This document shows, piece after piece, positions 55,494-64,000 of a DNA stretch of 64,000 bases. Both the position numbers and the translations under genes were made by a program. The stretch's first letter is position 1, and each line of letters opens with the position of its first letter. The notes beneath the pieces were generated by a model, which ran no database searches, had not been told where the DNA came from, and was given only the letters and a program-made list of their open reading frames with translations. The DNA is from an uncultured virus (IMG/VR IMGVR_UViG_2061766007_000957) (Duplodnaviria > Heunggongvirae > Uroviricota > Caudoviricetes). The stretch covers positions 1-64,000 of the IMG/VR virus record IMGVR_UViG_2061766007_000957, one strand, 5' to 3'.

Positions 55494-55611
55494 TCTGCTA
55501 CCTCCTTTGTGGTTTATAGTGTTTGTAGTGGAGAAGCTTTGCTGTCCTGCCAATATCGACCGCGTAGCTTGATTACCACGACCGGTACCCGGTTTTGCAA
55601 TATATCAGCCC

Positions 55612-55648
55612 TCGTAAATATTATACGATATATTTATGGTAAATACAA
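55612..55648 (-). promoter_or_regulatory. Sigma-A promoter with shared 17-bp quasi-palindrome
   Basis: TTGTAT-17-TATAAT. Confidence 0.85.
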
Positions 55649-55650
55649 CC

Positions 55651-55692
55651 AAAAAATAAAAATAGCAGATTTCCGTAGAAACCCACTATTTT
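55651..55692 (-). terminator. Rho-independent terminator closing the 59.4-55.7 kb cassette
   Basis: AATAGTGGGTTTC-TACG-GAAATCTGCTATT-TTTATTTTT. Confidence 0.8.
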
Positions 55693-55709
55693 CAATAATT
55701 TGATGGCAT

Positions 55710-56081
55710 TTAGAATTCAATATTTGAAAGGTTTTCTTCTATTATATGGCGTTCTTCAGGTAAATCGGTGCTGTTATATAGGATATGCAGAAACTCCAAT
55801 ACTTCTTTGCATATAACCGCAATATGAGTTAATACGGCTTCCTTTTCTGTCCCAGTTAATTGATATTGCCTTTTAATATCACAATAACGTTTATAGCTGG
55901 GGAGTATATCAGTCAATTCCTTCCCTACCACATCATTTTTAATTGCTGACACTTGATTTAAGGCTTCTGAATTAAAATGTCTTACAATGTATAGGGACGC
56001 CAGCTTTTCACAGTTGTTAAAAGTTGTATCGTTGTCCTCCAATTCTTGAATTGTATTCTCTACCAGCTGCATATCTAACAT
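55710..56081 (-). CDS. Conserved-cassette hypothetical protein
   Basis: I.ELE....TF.NCEKLASLYIV. Confidence 0.7.
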   Translation of the reverse strand: MLDMQLVENTIQELEDNDTTFNNCEKLASLYIVRHFNSEALNQVSAIKNDVVGKELTDILPSYKRYCDIKRQYQLTGTEKEAVLTHIAVICKEVLEFLHILYNSTDLPEERHIIEENLSNIEF

Positions 56082-56647
56082 ATGCTCACCTTCAATTCTT
56101 CTTCACATAGCTTTTGATATTTCTTATGCTTGCGTCCCTGCTCCTCGATGATCATAGTCATATCATAATTGGTTGCTTCTTTATTCAGCCAATAGCGTTC
56201 AGCCTTTTTAAGCTCACAGTCCACATCCTCTATAAACTCTTTAACCTTCATGGCGCTGGCTACTTCATTTATGGCAATCAATTCTTTATACATCTGTTCA
56301 TAGAGCTTCTTTGTATCCCGCTCCCATTCAACCCATTTTGTAAGACCATTCTTTACTCCATTCTGTTTTGTTGAAATATCAACATCAGATCTTACATGGT
56401 TATACCAACTGTCCGGTATGAGATTTGGATCCTCAATTTTTTCTTCGGGAATCAAATTATCATGATGATTGATAAAGTACCTATTCAAACTTCTATATCC
56501 CAGCGTTTCTTTCAAGAAATGGTATTCATGGCATCTTTTATAACCCTTCAATCCGAGAAAGTCATAATAGTTTGCCATTTGATCATGGATCATCATTCCT
56601 TTTATCATATGAGATGCCAGCTTACTATATATCTCTTTCAGTTCCAT
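56075..56647 (-). CDS. Ferritin-like four-helix-bundle protein
   Basis: H.QMA.Y.DFL.L.GY...HE.H...E, WVEWE, D...E helical pattern. Confidence 0.65.
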   Translation of the reverse strand: MELKEIYSKLASHMIKGMMIHDQMANYYDFLGLKGYKRCHEYHFLKETLGYRSLNRYFINHHDNLIPEEKIEDPNLIPDSWYNHVRSDVDISTKQNGVKNGLTKWVEWERDTKKLYEQMYKELIAINEVASAMKVKEFIEDVDCELKKAERYWLNKEATNYDMTMIIEEQGRKHKKYQKLCEEELKVSIC

Positions 56648-56867
56648 TATTTTCCTCCAATAATTTTATGATATGGTCGAGCTTGATATCCTGCATCTCA
56701 AGATGGGAATGGATCTCCTGTAATAACATTTCAGCTTTATCTGCTAAATCATTTTGCAATTCCTGCTTATCGGATTGAGTTACATTTTCATCGAGATTTA
56801 TTAAACCGATAACAAAACTCATCACGGTCAATATATCCAAGAAATCAAGCTGACCATTATTTGTCAT
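56625..56867 (-). CDS. Small membrane/coiled-coil protein
   Basis: FLDIL.V.SF.IG..N..EN..Q. Confidence 0.7.
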   Translation of the reverse strand: MTNNGQLDFLDILTVMSFVIGLINLDENVTQSDKQELQNDLADKAEMLLQEIHSHLEMQDIKLDHIIKLLEENNGTERDI

Positions 56868-56868
56868 A

Positions 56869-57246
56869 TCAACATACCTTCGTTACTACAATATTTGCAT
56901 CCGTAAAAGTTGCAGATGCAGATCCAGTATTTCTTACCTGTATATTAGTTGGCTGACTGCAGCAGCATTTCGTATTATTTTCTGATACCGGAACAAGGGT
57001 TACAAACGAAGGCGAAGTGCCAGTTGATTGAGCCTGCGGTAGAGCCACACCATCTTTGAATAACTGAATAGTAGCTGCCGTAGCAGAACTTGCATCTACT
57101 GATACCATATATACACCGCATTTATTCAATTCTATAGTAGATACCCCATTTAATTTAACCGTACATCCTTTTTCGATAGAAGTATTGTTAAAAGGTATTG
57201 CCGTATCCTGTGGTACTGTTACATTCAAACTATATGCTTCTAACAT
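56869..57246 (-). CDS. BclA C-terminal / C1q-like beta-sandwich protein
   Basis: AIPF.N, L...GVY.V.V, QL..DGV.LP.A, V.NTG, NI.V.K. Confidence 0.6.
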   Translation of the reverse strand: MLEAYSLNVTVPQDTAIPFNNTSIEKGCTVKLNGVSTIELNKCGVYMVSVDASSATAATIQLFKDGVALPQAQSTGTSPSFVTLVPVSENNTKCCCSQPTNIQVRNTGSASATFTDANIVVTKVC

Positions 57247-57264
57247 TTACTCATCCTCCTTGTT

Positions 57265-57295
57265 AAAAATAAGAGGAGCAGTTGCCCACTCCTCT
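57265..57295 (-). terminator. Intra-cassette terminator
   Basis: AGAGGAGTGG-GCAA-CTGCTCCTCT-TATTTTT. Confidence 0.75.
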
Positions 57296-57339
57296 CGATA
57301 CATAGGCATACTATATATGCTCACCAAATATAAATTTGT

Positions 57340-57990
57340 TTATACTCCACAACCACATCCGCAAAACGGACTCATTCCAGCATTGTAAGTCCAAGAGTTA
57401 GGATATCTTACAACACCATTGGTAGCCTGCGCCAGCTGTAACTGATTAACCTGTGCCTGCAAAGCTTCAATCTTATCCTGCGCCAGCATATCTTTTACCG
57501 ACTGGATCTGCGCTGTGATATTTGCATTAGTAGCTGCATCTCTCATAGCGCCGTCATAATTTGTCTGCTGAATTAACTGCTTCGTCTCACAGCAGCATTC
57601 ATTCTGCTTTGCAAGAAGGTTTGCCTGACCTACCTGTAACTGTGCAATATCTCTCTCAGTTTCATTGTAAAGATTCTGCATGGCCATCAAGCTATCATGG
57701 AATGTCTGATTAGTAGCTGCGATACCTGCCTGACCCTGAGCATTCACTGCTGCGAGAATGTCTCTGGTCTGTGCCTGAAGATTCTGGTTATCGAATCCAC
57801 GCTGCACTTCATTAGATGTAGCGAGGTTCTCATAACCGATGGCATTATTAAAACCGCCCCAGCCAAAACCATTGCCACCCATCATTGCAAGAATGAGAAG
57901 TGCGAAGATCCAGAAACCGCCACCGCCGAAACTGTCAACGCCATTTCCACCAATAGGCATTACCGGCATAATTCCCGTACCGTTATCCAT
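57340..57990 (-). CDS. Gly-rich TM + coiled-coil CCC protein
   Basis: GGGGFWIFALLILAM, VQRGFD, QNECCCET, C-terminal CGCG. Confidence 0.8.
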   Translation of the reverse strand: MDNGTGIMPVMPIGGNGVDSFGGGGFWIFALLILAMMGGNGFGWGGFNNAIGYENLATSNEVQRGFDNQNLQAQTRDILAAVNAQGQAGIAATNQTFHDSLMAMQNLYNETERDIAQLQVGQANLLAKQNECCCETKQLIQQTNYDGAMRDAATNANITAQIQSVKDMLAQDKIEALQAQVNQLQLAQATNGVVRYPNSWTYNAGMSPFCGCGCGV

Positions 57991-58019
57991 TTGTTTTCCT
58001 CCTTTAGATTTTGTATATA

Positions 58020-58265
58020 TTAAGCGTTGCGCATCGCTTGTATGATTTGATCCGCATCTACATTCATTTGCTTTGCAAGATCTCGAAATGCCTTTTCCGG
58101 ATTTCCATTAGCAGCTTGTATCAAAGAATTAACCTGCGGATTTCGTTGAAGCATTTGTTGAATCATTGCCTGCGGATTACTCATAGTCTTAAACTGCTTT
58201 ATGAGATTTGTGATATTACTTGATAATTGGCTTTGCGGATTTAACTGCTGATACAGATTTGTCAT
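58020..58265 (-). CDS. Gln/Asn-rich small helical (STI1-like) protein
   Basis: NPQAMIQQMLQRNPQ...NPEKAF. Confidence 0.7.
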   Translation of the reverse strand: MTNLYQQLNPQSQLSSNITNLIKQFKTMSNPQAMIQQMLQRNPQVNSLIQAANGNPEKAFRDLAKQMNVDADQIIQAMRNA

Positions 58266-58590
58266 TTGCGTTCTCCTTCATTATTGATTTAACCAAAGAA
58301 GCCAGCTCATCTTTCTTAACATATCCGGTTAGATCTACATTTGGAGTTGAAGTATTAGTTATCTCTTCAAATCTAAAAGTCCTCAAATTACACATACCTA
58401 CATTATCGGATACCTTTATATAGAAGATCCCATCGTTCTCACTATCTAATAAAATGCAATTAGATGCTGGCATTAACTGAAAAGCCTTTGCCCCTTCAAT
58501 TCCCTGCACCCAGTTTATACCATTATGGTTTTGCTGGGCGACATAATTCATTTGCGGAAACATAGGGTTTGTTATTGTTGGATTGATCAT
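58216..58590 (-). CDS. Conserved-cassette hypothetical protein
   Basis: WVQG.EGAKAF, LLDSE...FYIK.SD..G, YV.K.EL. Confidence 0.75.
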   Translation of the reverse strand: MINPTITNPMFPQMNYVAQQNHNGINWVQGIEGAKAFQLMPASNCILLDSENDGIFYIKVSDNVGMCNLRTFRFEEITNTSTPNVDLTGYVKKDELASLVKSIMKENANDKSVSAVKSAKPIIK

Positions 58591-58723
58591 GGTTTATACT
58601 CCTCCTCGATAAGTTAGATTGAGATTGAGTATATGCAAAGAATGCATATACCGGAGAACAATTTAATTCTTTCATTATGTTTTTAAGATCATTACTTATA
58701 TCTTTCATACTCTTATTGTAAAT

Positions 58724-58754
58724 AAAAAAGAATCCCACTAAATGTAGGATTCTT
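58724..58754 (-). terminator. Rho-independent terminator
   Basis: AAGAATCCTAC-ATTTA-GTGGGATTCTT-TTTT. Confidence 0.7.
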
Positions 58755-58782
58755 ATACAAAAATTCTATTGATAAATATATG

Positions 58783-59097
58783 TTATTTGTCCCTTAGATC
58801 TGCAACTGCTTGCTCAAGCTTATAAGTACGCTCGATAACAGAATTATGCTTCTCAACCTGCTTTGCTAAATCATCGAATTTTGTTTCTATGATTTCAACT
58901 TTCGTATTTATTTGAGAAAGTTCATTTTGCAGGGAATGGATTTCTGCATGAGTTTGCTGATGATATTCATCAAGCGTTTTCTGCATATCCTCCCTTGTTT
59001 TATCTCTTTCTTTTCTTGCGGACATTTGCCATGTTCCCATCGAAACAAGAAGCGTTACTCCACCTGAAATTAAAGCGCATGCAATTTCTGCATTCAT
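58783..59097 (-). CDS. XhlA/holin-like single-TM coiled-coil protein
   Basis: N-terminal TM and V.KHN.VIERTY.LE motif. Confidence 0.6.
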   Translation of the reverse strand: MNAEIACALISGGVTLLVSMGTWQMSARKERDKTREDMQKTLDEYHQQTHAEIHSLQNELSQINTKVEIIETKFDDLAKQVEKHNSVIERTYKLEQAVADLRDK

Positions 59098-59110
59098 AAT
59101 TTTATTCTCC

Positions 59111-59197
59111 TTACATATATTTATCCATAAACCATTGAATTAGCAGGCATATAATCGTCATTACTATTCCAATGGATAATACAAACAAAAGAGCCAT
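59111..59197 (-). CDS. Small TM peptide (28 aa)
   Basis: MALLFVLSIGIVMTIICLLIQWFMDKYM fills the intergenic gap exactly; weak RBS. Confidence 0.45.
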   Translation of the reverse strand: MALLFVLSIGIVMTIICLLIQWFMDKYM

Positions 59198-59199
59198 AT

Positions 59200-59400
59200 C
59201 TATATCACTCGTTTCATTTTATCTTTTACTCTTCTTGCCAGCTTAGAAACTTGAGCTTCTGATACATTCATTTGTAGAGCTATTTGTATATTAGAACAAT
59301 CCTGCGAACGTAAATTAAAATATAATAATTCATCCGGAGTGAAATTGCAAAGCTCTCTAAATGTATTCAGTTCTGGTACAGTGAAATCTCTAAGCTTCAT
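59200..59400 (-). CDS. Stand-alone LuxR/GerE-type HTH regulator
   Basis: FT.DE...F.L.....SN.QIA..MNVSE..V. Confidence 0.75.
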   Translation of the reverse strand: MKLRDFTVPELNTFRELCNFTPDELLYFNLRSQDCSNIQIALQMNVSEAQVSKLARRVKDKMKRVI

Positions 59401-59835
59401 TTATGTTGTCTTGATATATTGCAGGGTAACATATACAGTCACCTCCGCTGCGGTAACATAGGCGATATATATCTGCAATGCATTTTCCCGAATGTTAATA
59501 TTTGCGGACTTATAAGTAAACATTGCGGATGCACCGCTGCCTGAATAAGTATCGCGACCAAACGCTGTAAAATTACCCGAATCTAACAGAATATATCTAA
59601 CATCAACAAAAGTCTTATTTGAAACATCAAAATCAGAAAAAGAATGCCATGACTTGTTTCCGGTTGAAGGAATTGTTTTCGTTAAAGTAATCTGATATAA
59701 TGGCGATCCATCTATCCATCTACCAACGACTTTTTCAGTTGTAGAATAATCATTTGCAGAACCATTCAAATAAGGTCGTATACCTTGATAAAAATCCTGC
59801 AAATCGCTTTTTGTTACCATTTTATTTGCTGACAT
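59401..59835 (-). CDS. Receptor-binding domain protein (paralog of the 59850..61019 C-terminus)
   Basis: YSTTEKVVGRWIDG.PLYQ...TLQYIKTT. Confidence 0.65.
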   Translation of the reverse strand: MSANKMVTKSDLQDFYQGIRPYLNGSANDYSTTEKVVGRWIDGSPLYQITLTKTIPSTGNKSWHSFSDFDVSNKTFVDVRYILLDSGNFTAFGRDTYSGSGASAMFTYKSANINIRENALQIYIAYVTAAEVTVYVTLQYIKTT

Positions 59836-59849
59836 TTATCTCCCCTCCT

Positions 59850-61019
59850 TTAATCCGTTGTCTTGGTGTACTGAATGGTTATCCAATAATCAGTCGAACT
59901 GTTTGAAGAACTTCTCCACTCTATATTTTCGTCATAATAAAAAACATCATACATAGATGATTGACTTTGATAATACGGTATAGAGAATTGATATCCTGAA
60001 ACAACTACATTACCTCTAATATTTATAAAATGCTCCGGCGATAAACTAGATACTGAAAATAAACTTGTTGATGTTGATGCAACTGTTCCCGAAAAAGTTT
60101 TCTGATAAATGGGTTTTCCATCAATCCATTTACCAACAACTTGCTCACCTGTCGAATATTCTTGGAAATTATCTCTCGCGACCGGTAATGGAGTAATAAC
60201 ATCATTCATATCTGCCGCGGTCATCTTATCTGTAGAATCCTGATAAGCAGTTGTATCAATAGTACCATCATTTTTAATAAGACCGGCCGTGGAAGATTTC
60301 TGCGGATAATTTGATAAATCAACAAACCCCGAAAGTAAATCAAATTTATAAGTAGAACTACCAATATCAACAACGGCTACATTATCACCGACGTTAATTG
60401 TCTTGCCTGCGCCACCTACAAAGTCAGCAGTTGTTGTCCCGCTATCAGTTACATTATAAACATTGCCAAGATTGCTAGCAATTAAAAGACTTGAAGTAAG
60501 CTGGGCAACTGTCTTATCTCCGCTTGGTTTATATACACTTGAAAGGGCCGCATCAATAGCAGTCTTTACCGCTCCACTTTCAACAAGTGCTGTAGACCCA
60601 TCTGTCACCGCATTTGTGCTATTCTTAGCAGCTGCGGTTCCTAGTGTAGGCTTATTTTTGATATAATCTAATTTTGTATTATCTGACTGATCATAATCTG
60701 ACTGGATCTGAGCGGCTGGAATGTCGCTTGCAGTCGCCAGCTTATTTGATGATGTTGCTCCTGAAGGAATAACTCCTTCAATAGCAGTCACCCTTCCTGA
60801 TAATGCAGTATCATCATATACAGTATCTGTGAATACTGCATTCGCCGGTACATCTTTTGCAACGGTATGATTATTTACTTTTTCTGCATTATCAACAATG
60901 CCATTATTGTCCGTATCATAAACGGACTTTTTCATGTCGCCATCGCCACTTCCTCCACCACCGGAGCCAGCTAATGCAGATGCTAATGCAATTACTTCAG
61001 CTTCTGTTACTGCTTTCAT
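59850..61019 (-). CDS. Tail fibre protein
   Basis: GDM.KSVYD.DNNG.VD.AE, DYIKNKP, G.VYNV, YSTGEQVVGKWIDGKPIY modules. Confidence 0.75.
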   Translation of the reverse strand: MKAVTEAEVIALASALAGSGGGGSGDGDMKKSVYDTDNNGIVDNAEKVNNHTVAKDVPANAVFTDTVYDDTALSGRVTAIEGVIPSGATSSNKLATASDIPAAQIQSDYDQSDNTKLDYIKNKPTLGTAAAKNSTNAVTDGSTALVESGAVKTAIDAALSSVYKPSGDKTVAQLTSSLLIASNLGNVYNVTDSGTTTADFVGGAGKTINVGDNVAVVDIGSSTYKFDLLSGFVDLSNYPQKSSTAGLIKNDGTIDTTAYQDSTDKMTAADMNDVITPLPVARDNFQEYSTGEQVVGKWIDGKPIYQKTFSGTVASTSTSLFSVSSLSPEHFINIRGNVVVSGYQFSIPYYQSQSSMYDVFYYDENIEWRSSSNSSTDYWITIQYTKTTD

Positions 61020-61040
61020 ATGTTTAATCTCCCTTCATCG

Positions 61041-61265
61041 TTATTTCCATACCCATGTATGCGAGCTGTTAAGACAACCGACATCAAATGCGGCAGTTCT
61101 TACAATAGAACCAGCATCTAAATCAACATCGTCCCACATCCCTTCAACATCTTCGCCGGTAATGGAATTTGTCACTTCAGATTTTGTATCTGCATAAAGA
61201 GATACCATCTGAGCTTTCTTCCCTCCTGTTTGAGATTCTCCTAAGACGCTTAACAGTTTTATCAT
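61041..61265 (-). CDS. Small structural hypothetical protein
   Basis: ADTK.EV, AGS, LNS...WVW. Confidence 0.6.
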   Translation of the reverse strand: MIKLLSVLGESQTGGKKAQMVSLYADTKSEVTNSITGEDVEGMWDDVDLDAGSIVRTAAFDVGCLNSSHTWVWK

Positions 61266-61363
61266 TTTCTATCTCCTCCTTTCATAATGCCCTTTATGAT
61301 GAAAAATAATAATATCAATTCAAGTATGCACCCTATTGTTAAAACAATATACATATCAATCAT
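61262..61363 (-). CDS. Small TM peptide (33 aa)
   Basis: GGGAG RBS; MIDMYIVLTIGCILELILLFFIIKGIMKGGDRK; TGA overlaps the next ATG. Confidence 0.5.
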   Translation of the reverse strand: MIDMYIVLTIGCILELILLFFIIKGIMKGGDRK

Positions 61364-61376
61364 AAAAATTCTCCCA

Positions 61377-62057
61377 TTATTCTCCAATAGCAATCCACCA
61401 CGCTGATTTCACGGCACAGTTTGCATTATTATTTGTTGTGATCGAAACCGAACCACCATTTATATTTAGAGTTGCTATATAAACAGCTGTTCCAGCAGTA
61501 CCAAGAGGTTTATCGATATAGCTACCTGCGGTGGAACCATTATTATAAAATCCTTGATAATTAGTTGAGGATACATCGTAATTATACTGGCCCGAGCAGC
61601 GTATATTTGCATTTCCTTTGGACCCATTGTAAAAAATATAAAATCTTTTGATGCTGGTTAAACCGGTATTGAAAGAAGTTCCGGTATTTGCACCTTCAAT
61701 ATCTGGGCAAGTACCGTACGCGCCTGCTGTAGGTGGTGATTGATATAAATATCCACCGGAAACACTCAAGTTATACATTTTGCCTATTGATAACCAAGGT
61801 GGGTTAGAGCTGGATGGAGTTACAGTTTCATAATTATCAATAATATATCCGCCATTTCCGGTTATTCTATATATATAGCCAGCATATACAGGTGATTGAG
61901 TGGGGTTTGACGTTGGCGTATGTTCAATATAATCCTTAATTGCATATCCGGCCTCTGTCGGTTCATATATTTGTCCGCTTATCATATAAACAGGCTGATT
62001 TGAAGGAGTAATTGGTGCTGGTGTAACGCCACCGCCGGTACATCTATACATTGGCAT
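61377..62057 (-). CDS. Tail fibre-associated protein with three ITPS..P...G.IY repeats
   Basis: Repeat units visible in the translation; tail-fibre context. Confidence 0.6.
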   Translation of the reverse strand: MPMYRCTGGGVTPAPITPSNQPVYMISGQIYEPTEAGYAIKDYIEHTPTSNPTQSPVYAGYIYRITGNGGYIIDNYETVTPSSSNPPWLSIGKMYNLSVSGGYLYQSPPTAGAYGTCPDIEGANTGTSFNTGLTSIKRFYIFYNGSKGNANIRCSGQYNYDVSSTNYQGFYNNGSTAGSYIDKPLGTAGTAVYIATLNINGGSVSITTNNNANCAVKSAWWIAIGE

Positions 62058-62072
62058 ATTTCTTACCTCCTT

Positions 62073-63926
62073 TTATTTTATCTCGATTCCACAAGTCGTT
62101 ACATTATCAGAAGTTTTGAACTTAACATTCATAGATCCATTTGATGTAGATACGCTTGTAGGCGCAACTCCGAACACGTTACAATAATAATCGTATCTCC
62201 CGGTTGTTGTTATTCTTGCATCTGTAAAAGCGAATGTTCTTGTCCCACTTGAATCCGTATATGTTGATTTTTCAATATAATCTGGTAGAGCATCCGTCAA
62301 CTGCTTGTTGGTCATTGCATACGGCGCATAAGTGCTATCAGGGTCACTCGCAAGGCGTAGCATCGGCTTTAATGTGATACCGCTTGCGTTCGTACCATTT
62401 GTAACAACAATAGACAGATTCCATACGGCACTTGTTATATCGGGGAATACAAAAGTGTTTCCACTACCGTTATCTTGATATACGTCACCGTCACGAATCC
62501 ATAGTTGAACACGAATGTTACCCGACAAACCACCCGTCAATGTGACACGTTTGCCTTTCAGCCTATTAGAAAAGCCAGAGTTGGTATCATTTGAACGGAA
62601 GGTATAAACCGCATTTGCCCCACTAGCAGTACCACTCATGCTAATCGTTCCGTCTGAATTAGCAGTAAAAGTAACACCAGCCGTGTCAACTTTTGTATCA
62701 CCGTCTTGATACGGATAAACAAGTAAATTCTTTGCCCCTAAAACCGCCTGTTCACTTCGGTCAAACTTGCTATCTTTGACCGGAACGTAATAAGGCTCAT
62801 ATGTTGGGTCAGTTTCGGTGGAAAGGCGTAGCATCGGCTTGAACAGAAGGTTGCTTGCGTTGTAGCCGTTGTTTATTCTAATTTCAACAGAAAGTGCCGT
62901 TGAAGAATCCGCTGGAATGTCAACACCTTCGCCGTAATCATATATGTCACTTCCCGACATACGCCATTTAAGCGAATAGCCATTTGAAGAACCGCCAGCC
63001 GGACAACCACTCATGATTAAGTCACGATTTCCCGTTGTTACATTTGTTGCAATGGGCAATACTGTTGTCGCACTTGCAGTTCCATTTACAAGAACAGAAC
63101 CGTCAGCATTTACAGTAAACGTTACGTCATTGATAACCTGCGAATACGCAACGTTTTTAAGTAAATTCTTCCCTTCAACAACTTCCGCATCCCGGAAAGT
63201 CTGCTTGACCGTTTCGTGGTAAGGCTCATAGGTCGAATCGGATATATCGCCATGACGTAGCATAGGGTAAATCTTTACATTGCTTACCTGCTTATCTTTT
63301 GCTATTCTTATGCGAACAATGATCGCGGTATCTGCTGATAAGGTAAAGGATTTTGACGTACCGCTTTCAACCCTATACAGTTCGTTATAACTTGTATCAA
63401 GTATTTGTATGCAACCAAACGTAGATGCGTCTGCGCCTTGCGAAAGAATGTAATCTCCGGCTTTAAGCGTAAACGTATTCAGTTCCAAAAAGGCATTTGC
63501 GCTTGCCGTACCGTTCGCATTAACAGTTCCGTCTGCGTTTACCGTGTACGTTATATCGCTTTTAACTGCTGATTCCGCTTTGTTTTCAAGAAGGTTCTTC
63601 CCCGTCCATCCAACAGTATCTCTAATCAAATCTTCATCGGCTCCGCCACCACCACCTGACTGATTGACCCATGTAACATCGTAATCAGTAGCAGATGCTT
63701 TTGCCAGCACTTGATTAGCGGATCCTCCTGAAGGAAGTCCATGAGCTGTTGCATCTTCAGCTAATACCGTCCATGTAGCACCTTCGCTGGGCGTAACATC
63801 GATCACGTTATCTTGCTTGCAAACCCAAGACTTGCCATTGTAGCGCACCCAATCAAGATGCGAATAAGTTGTACCTGCGCTATAAGTGCCTTTCGGCATT
63901 AAAACAACTTTTCCGATTGATTCCAT
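62073..63926 (-). CDS. Tail fibre / RBP with three tandem beta-sandwich (CBM-like) repeats
   Basis: Three units of GKNLL...T.N.DG.V..NGTAS...PMLR....D.TY.PY. Confidence 0.78.
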   Translation of the reverse strand: MESIGKVVLMPKGTYSAGTTYSHLDWVRYNGKSWVCKQDNVIDVTPSEGATWTVLAEDATAHGLPSGGSANQVLAKASATDYDVTWVNQSGGGGGADEDLIRDTVGWTGKNLLENKAESAVKSDITYTVNADGTVNANGTASANAFLELNTFTLKAGDYILSQGADASTFGCIQILDTSYNELYRVESGTSKSFTLSADTAIIVRIRIAKDKQVSNVKIYPMLRHGDISDSTYEPYHETVKQTFRDAEVVEGKNLLKNVAYSQVINDVTFTVNADGSVLVNGTASATTVLPIATNVTTGNRDLIMSGCPAGGSSNGYSLKWRMSGSDIYDYGEGVDIPADSSTALSVEIRINNGYNASNLLFKPMLRLSTETDPTYEPYYVPVKDSKFDRSEQAVLGAKNLLVYPYQDGDTKVDTAGVTFTANSDGTISMSGTASGANAVYTFRSNDTNSGFSNRLKGKRVTLTGGLSGNIRVQLWIRDGDVYQDNGSGNTFVFPDITSAVWNLSIVVTNGTNASGITLKPMLRLASDPDSTYAPYAMTNKQLTDALPDYIEKSTYTDSSGTRTFAFTDARITTTGRYDYYCNVFGVAPTSVSTSNGSMNVKFKTSDNVTTCGIEIK

Positions 63927-64000
63927 GCTTTTGTTCTCCTAAACAAAATTAAAGATTCCAAATTTTGCAATAAAAATTGATCTGCAAGTTACTTTTCTTG

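Noticed and set aside
1..64000. Stop-codon reassignment or integrase/lysogeny module
   Set aside because: Genes are intact under the standard code with normal density; no integrase or CI-like repressor recognised in this window.

Overview
Apparently near-complete genome of a siphovirus-type phage. The host is probably a Firmicutes (Clostridia/Lachnospiraceae-like) bacterium, inferred from strong AGGAGG ribosome-binding sites, sigma-A promoters and the gene families. Essentially all genes are on the minus strand, and both window ends fall in the tail-fibre region. In transcription order (64000 to 1) the modules are: tail fibres/RBPs; a GerE/LuxR-HTH gene plus a cassette of unknown function (Gly-rich/CCC protein, BclA-C-like, ferritin-like); a Dp-1-like replication module (SNF2 helicase, initiator with iterons, DnaC, DnaB, DnaG, SSB, tRNA-Ile(UAU), PolA); a 7-deazaguanine DNA-modification cluster (DpdA-like, DUF6884-like, QueC, guanine deaminase, preQ1-like riboswitch plus YhhQ, one unknown gene) abutting a beta clamp; Cas4-like, RecU and RecA; a hammerhead ribozyme; a complete clamp loader; a GATC-free accessory island; then terS, lysis genes, terL, sugar transferases, a homing endonuclease, portal, head and tail. 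The most striking signals are: (1) eight unrelated proteins in the packaging region share an N-terminal W[IV]T[IV]NG.H[IV]P[IV][YF] tag, a candidate capsid-loading system; (2) three modification-cluster proteins share a C-terminal [RK]KLF tail that looks like a clamp-docking peptide; (3) the DpdA-like gene has four nested starts. No integrase, repressor, CRISPR array or DGR was seen. All calls are from reading the sequence; no database searches were run.
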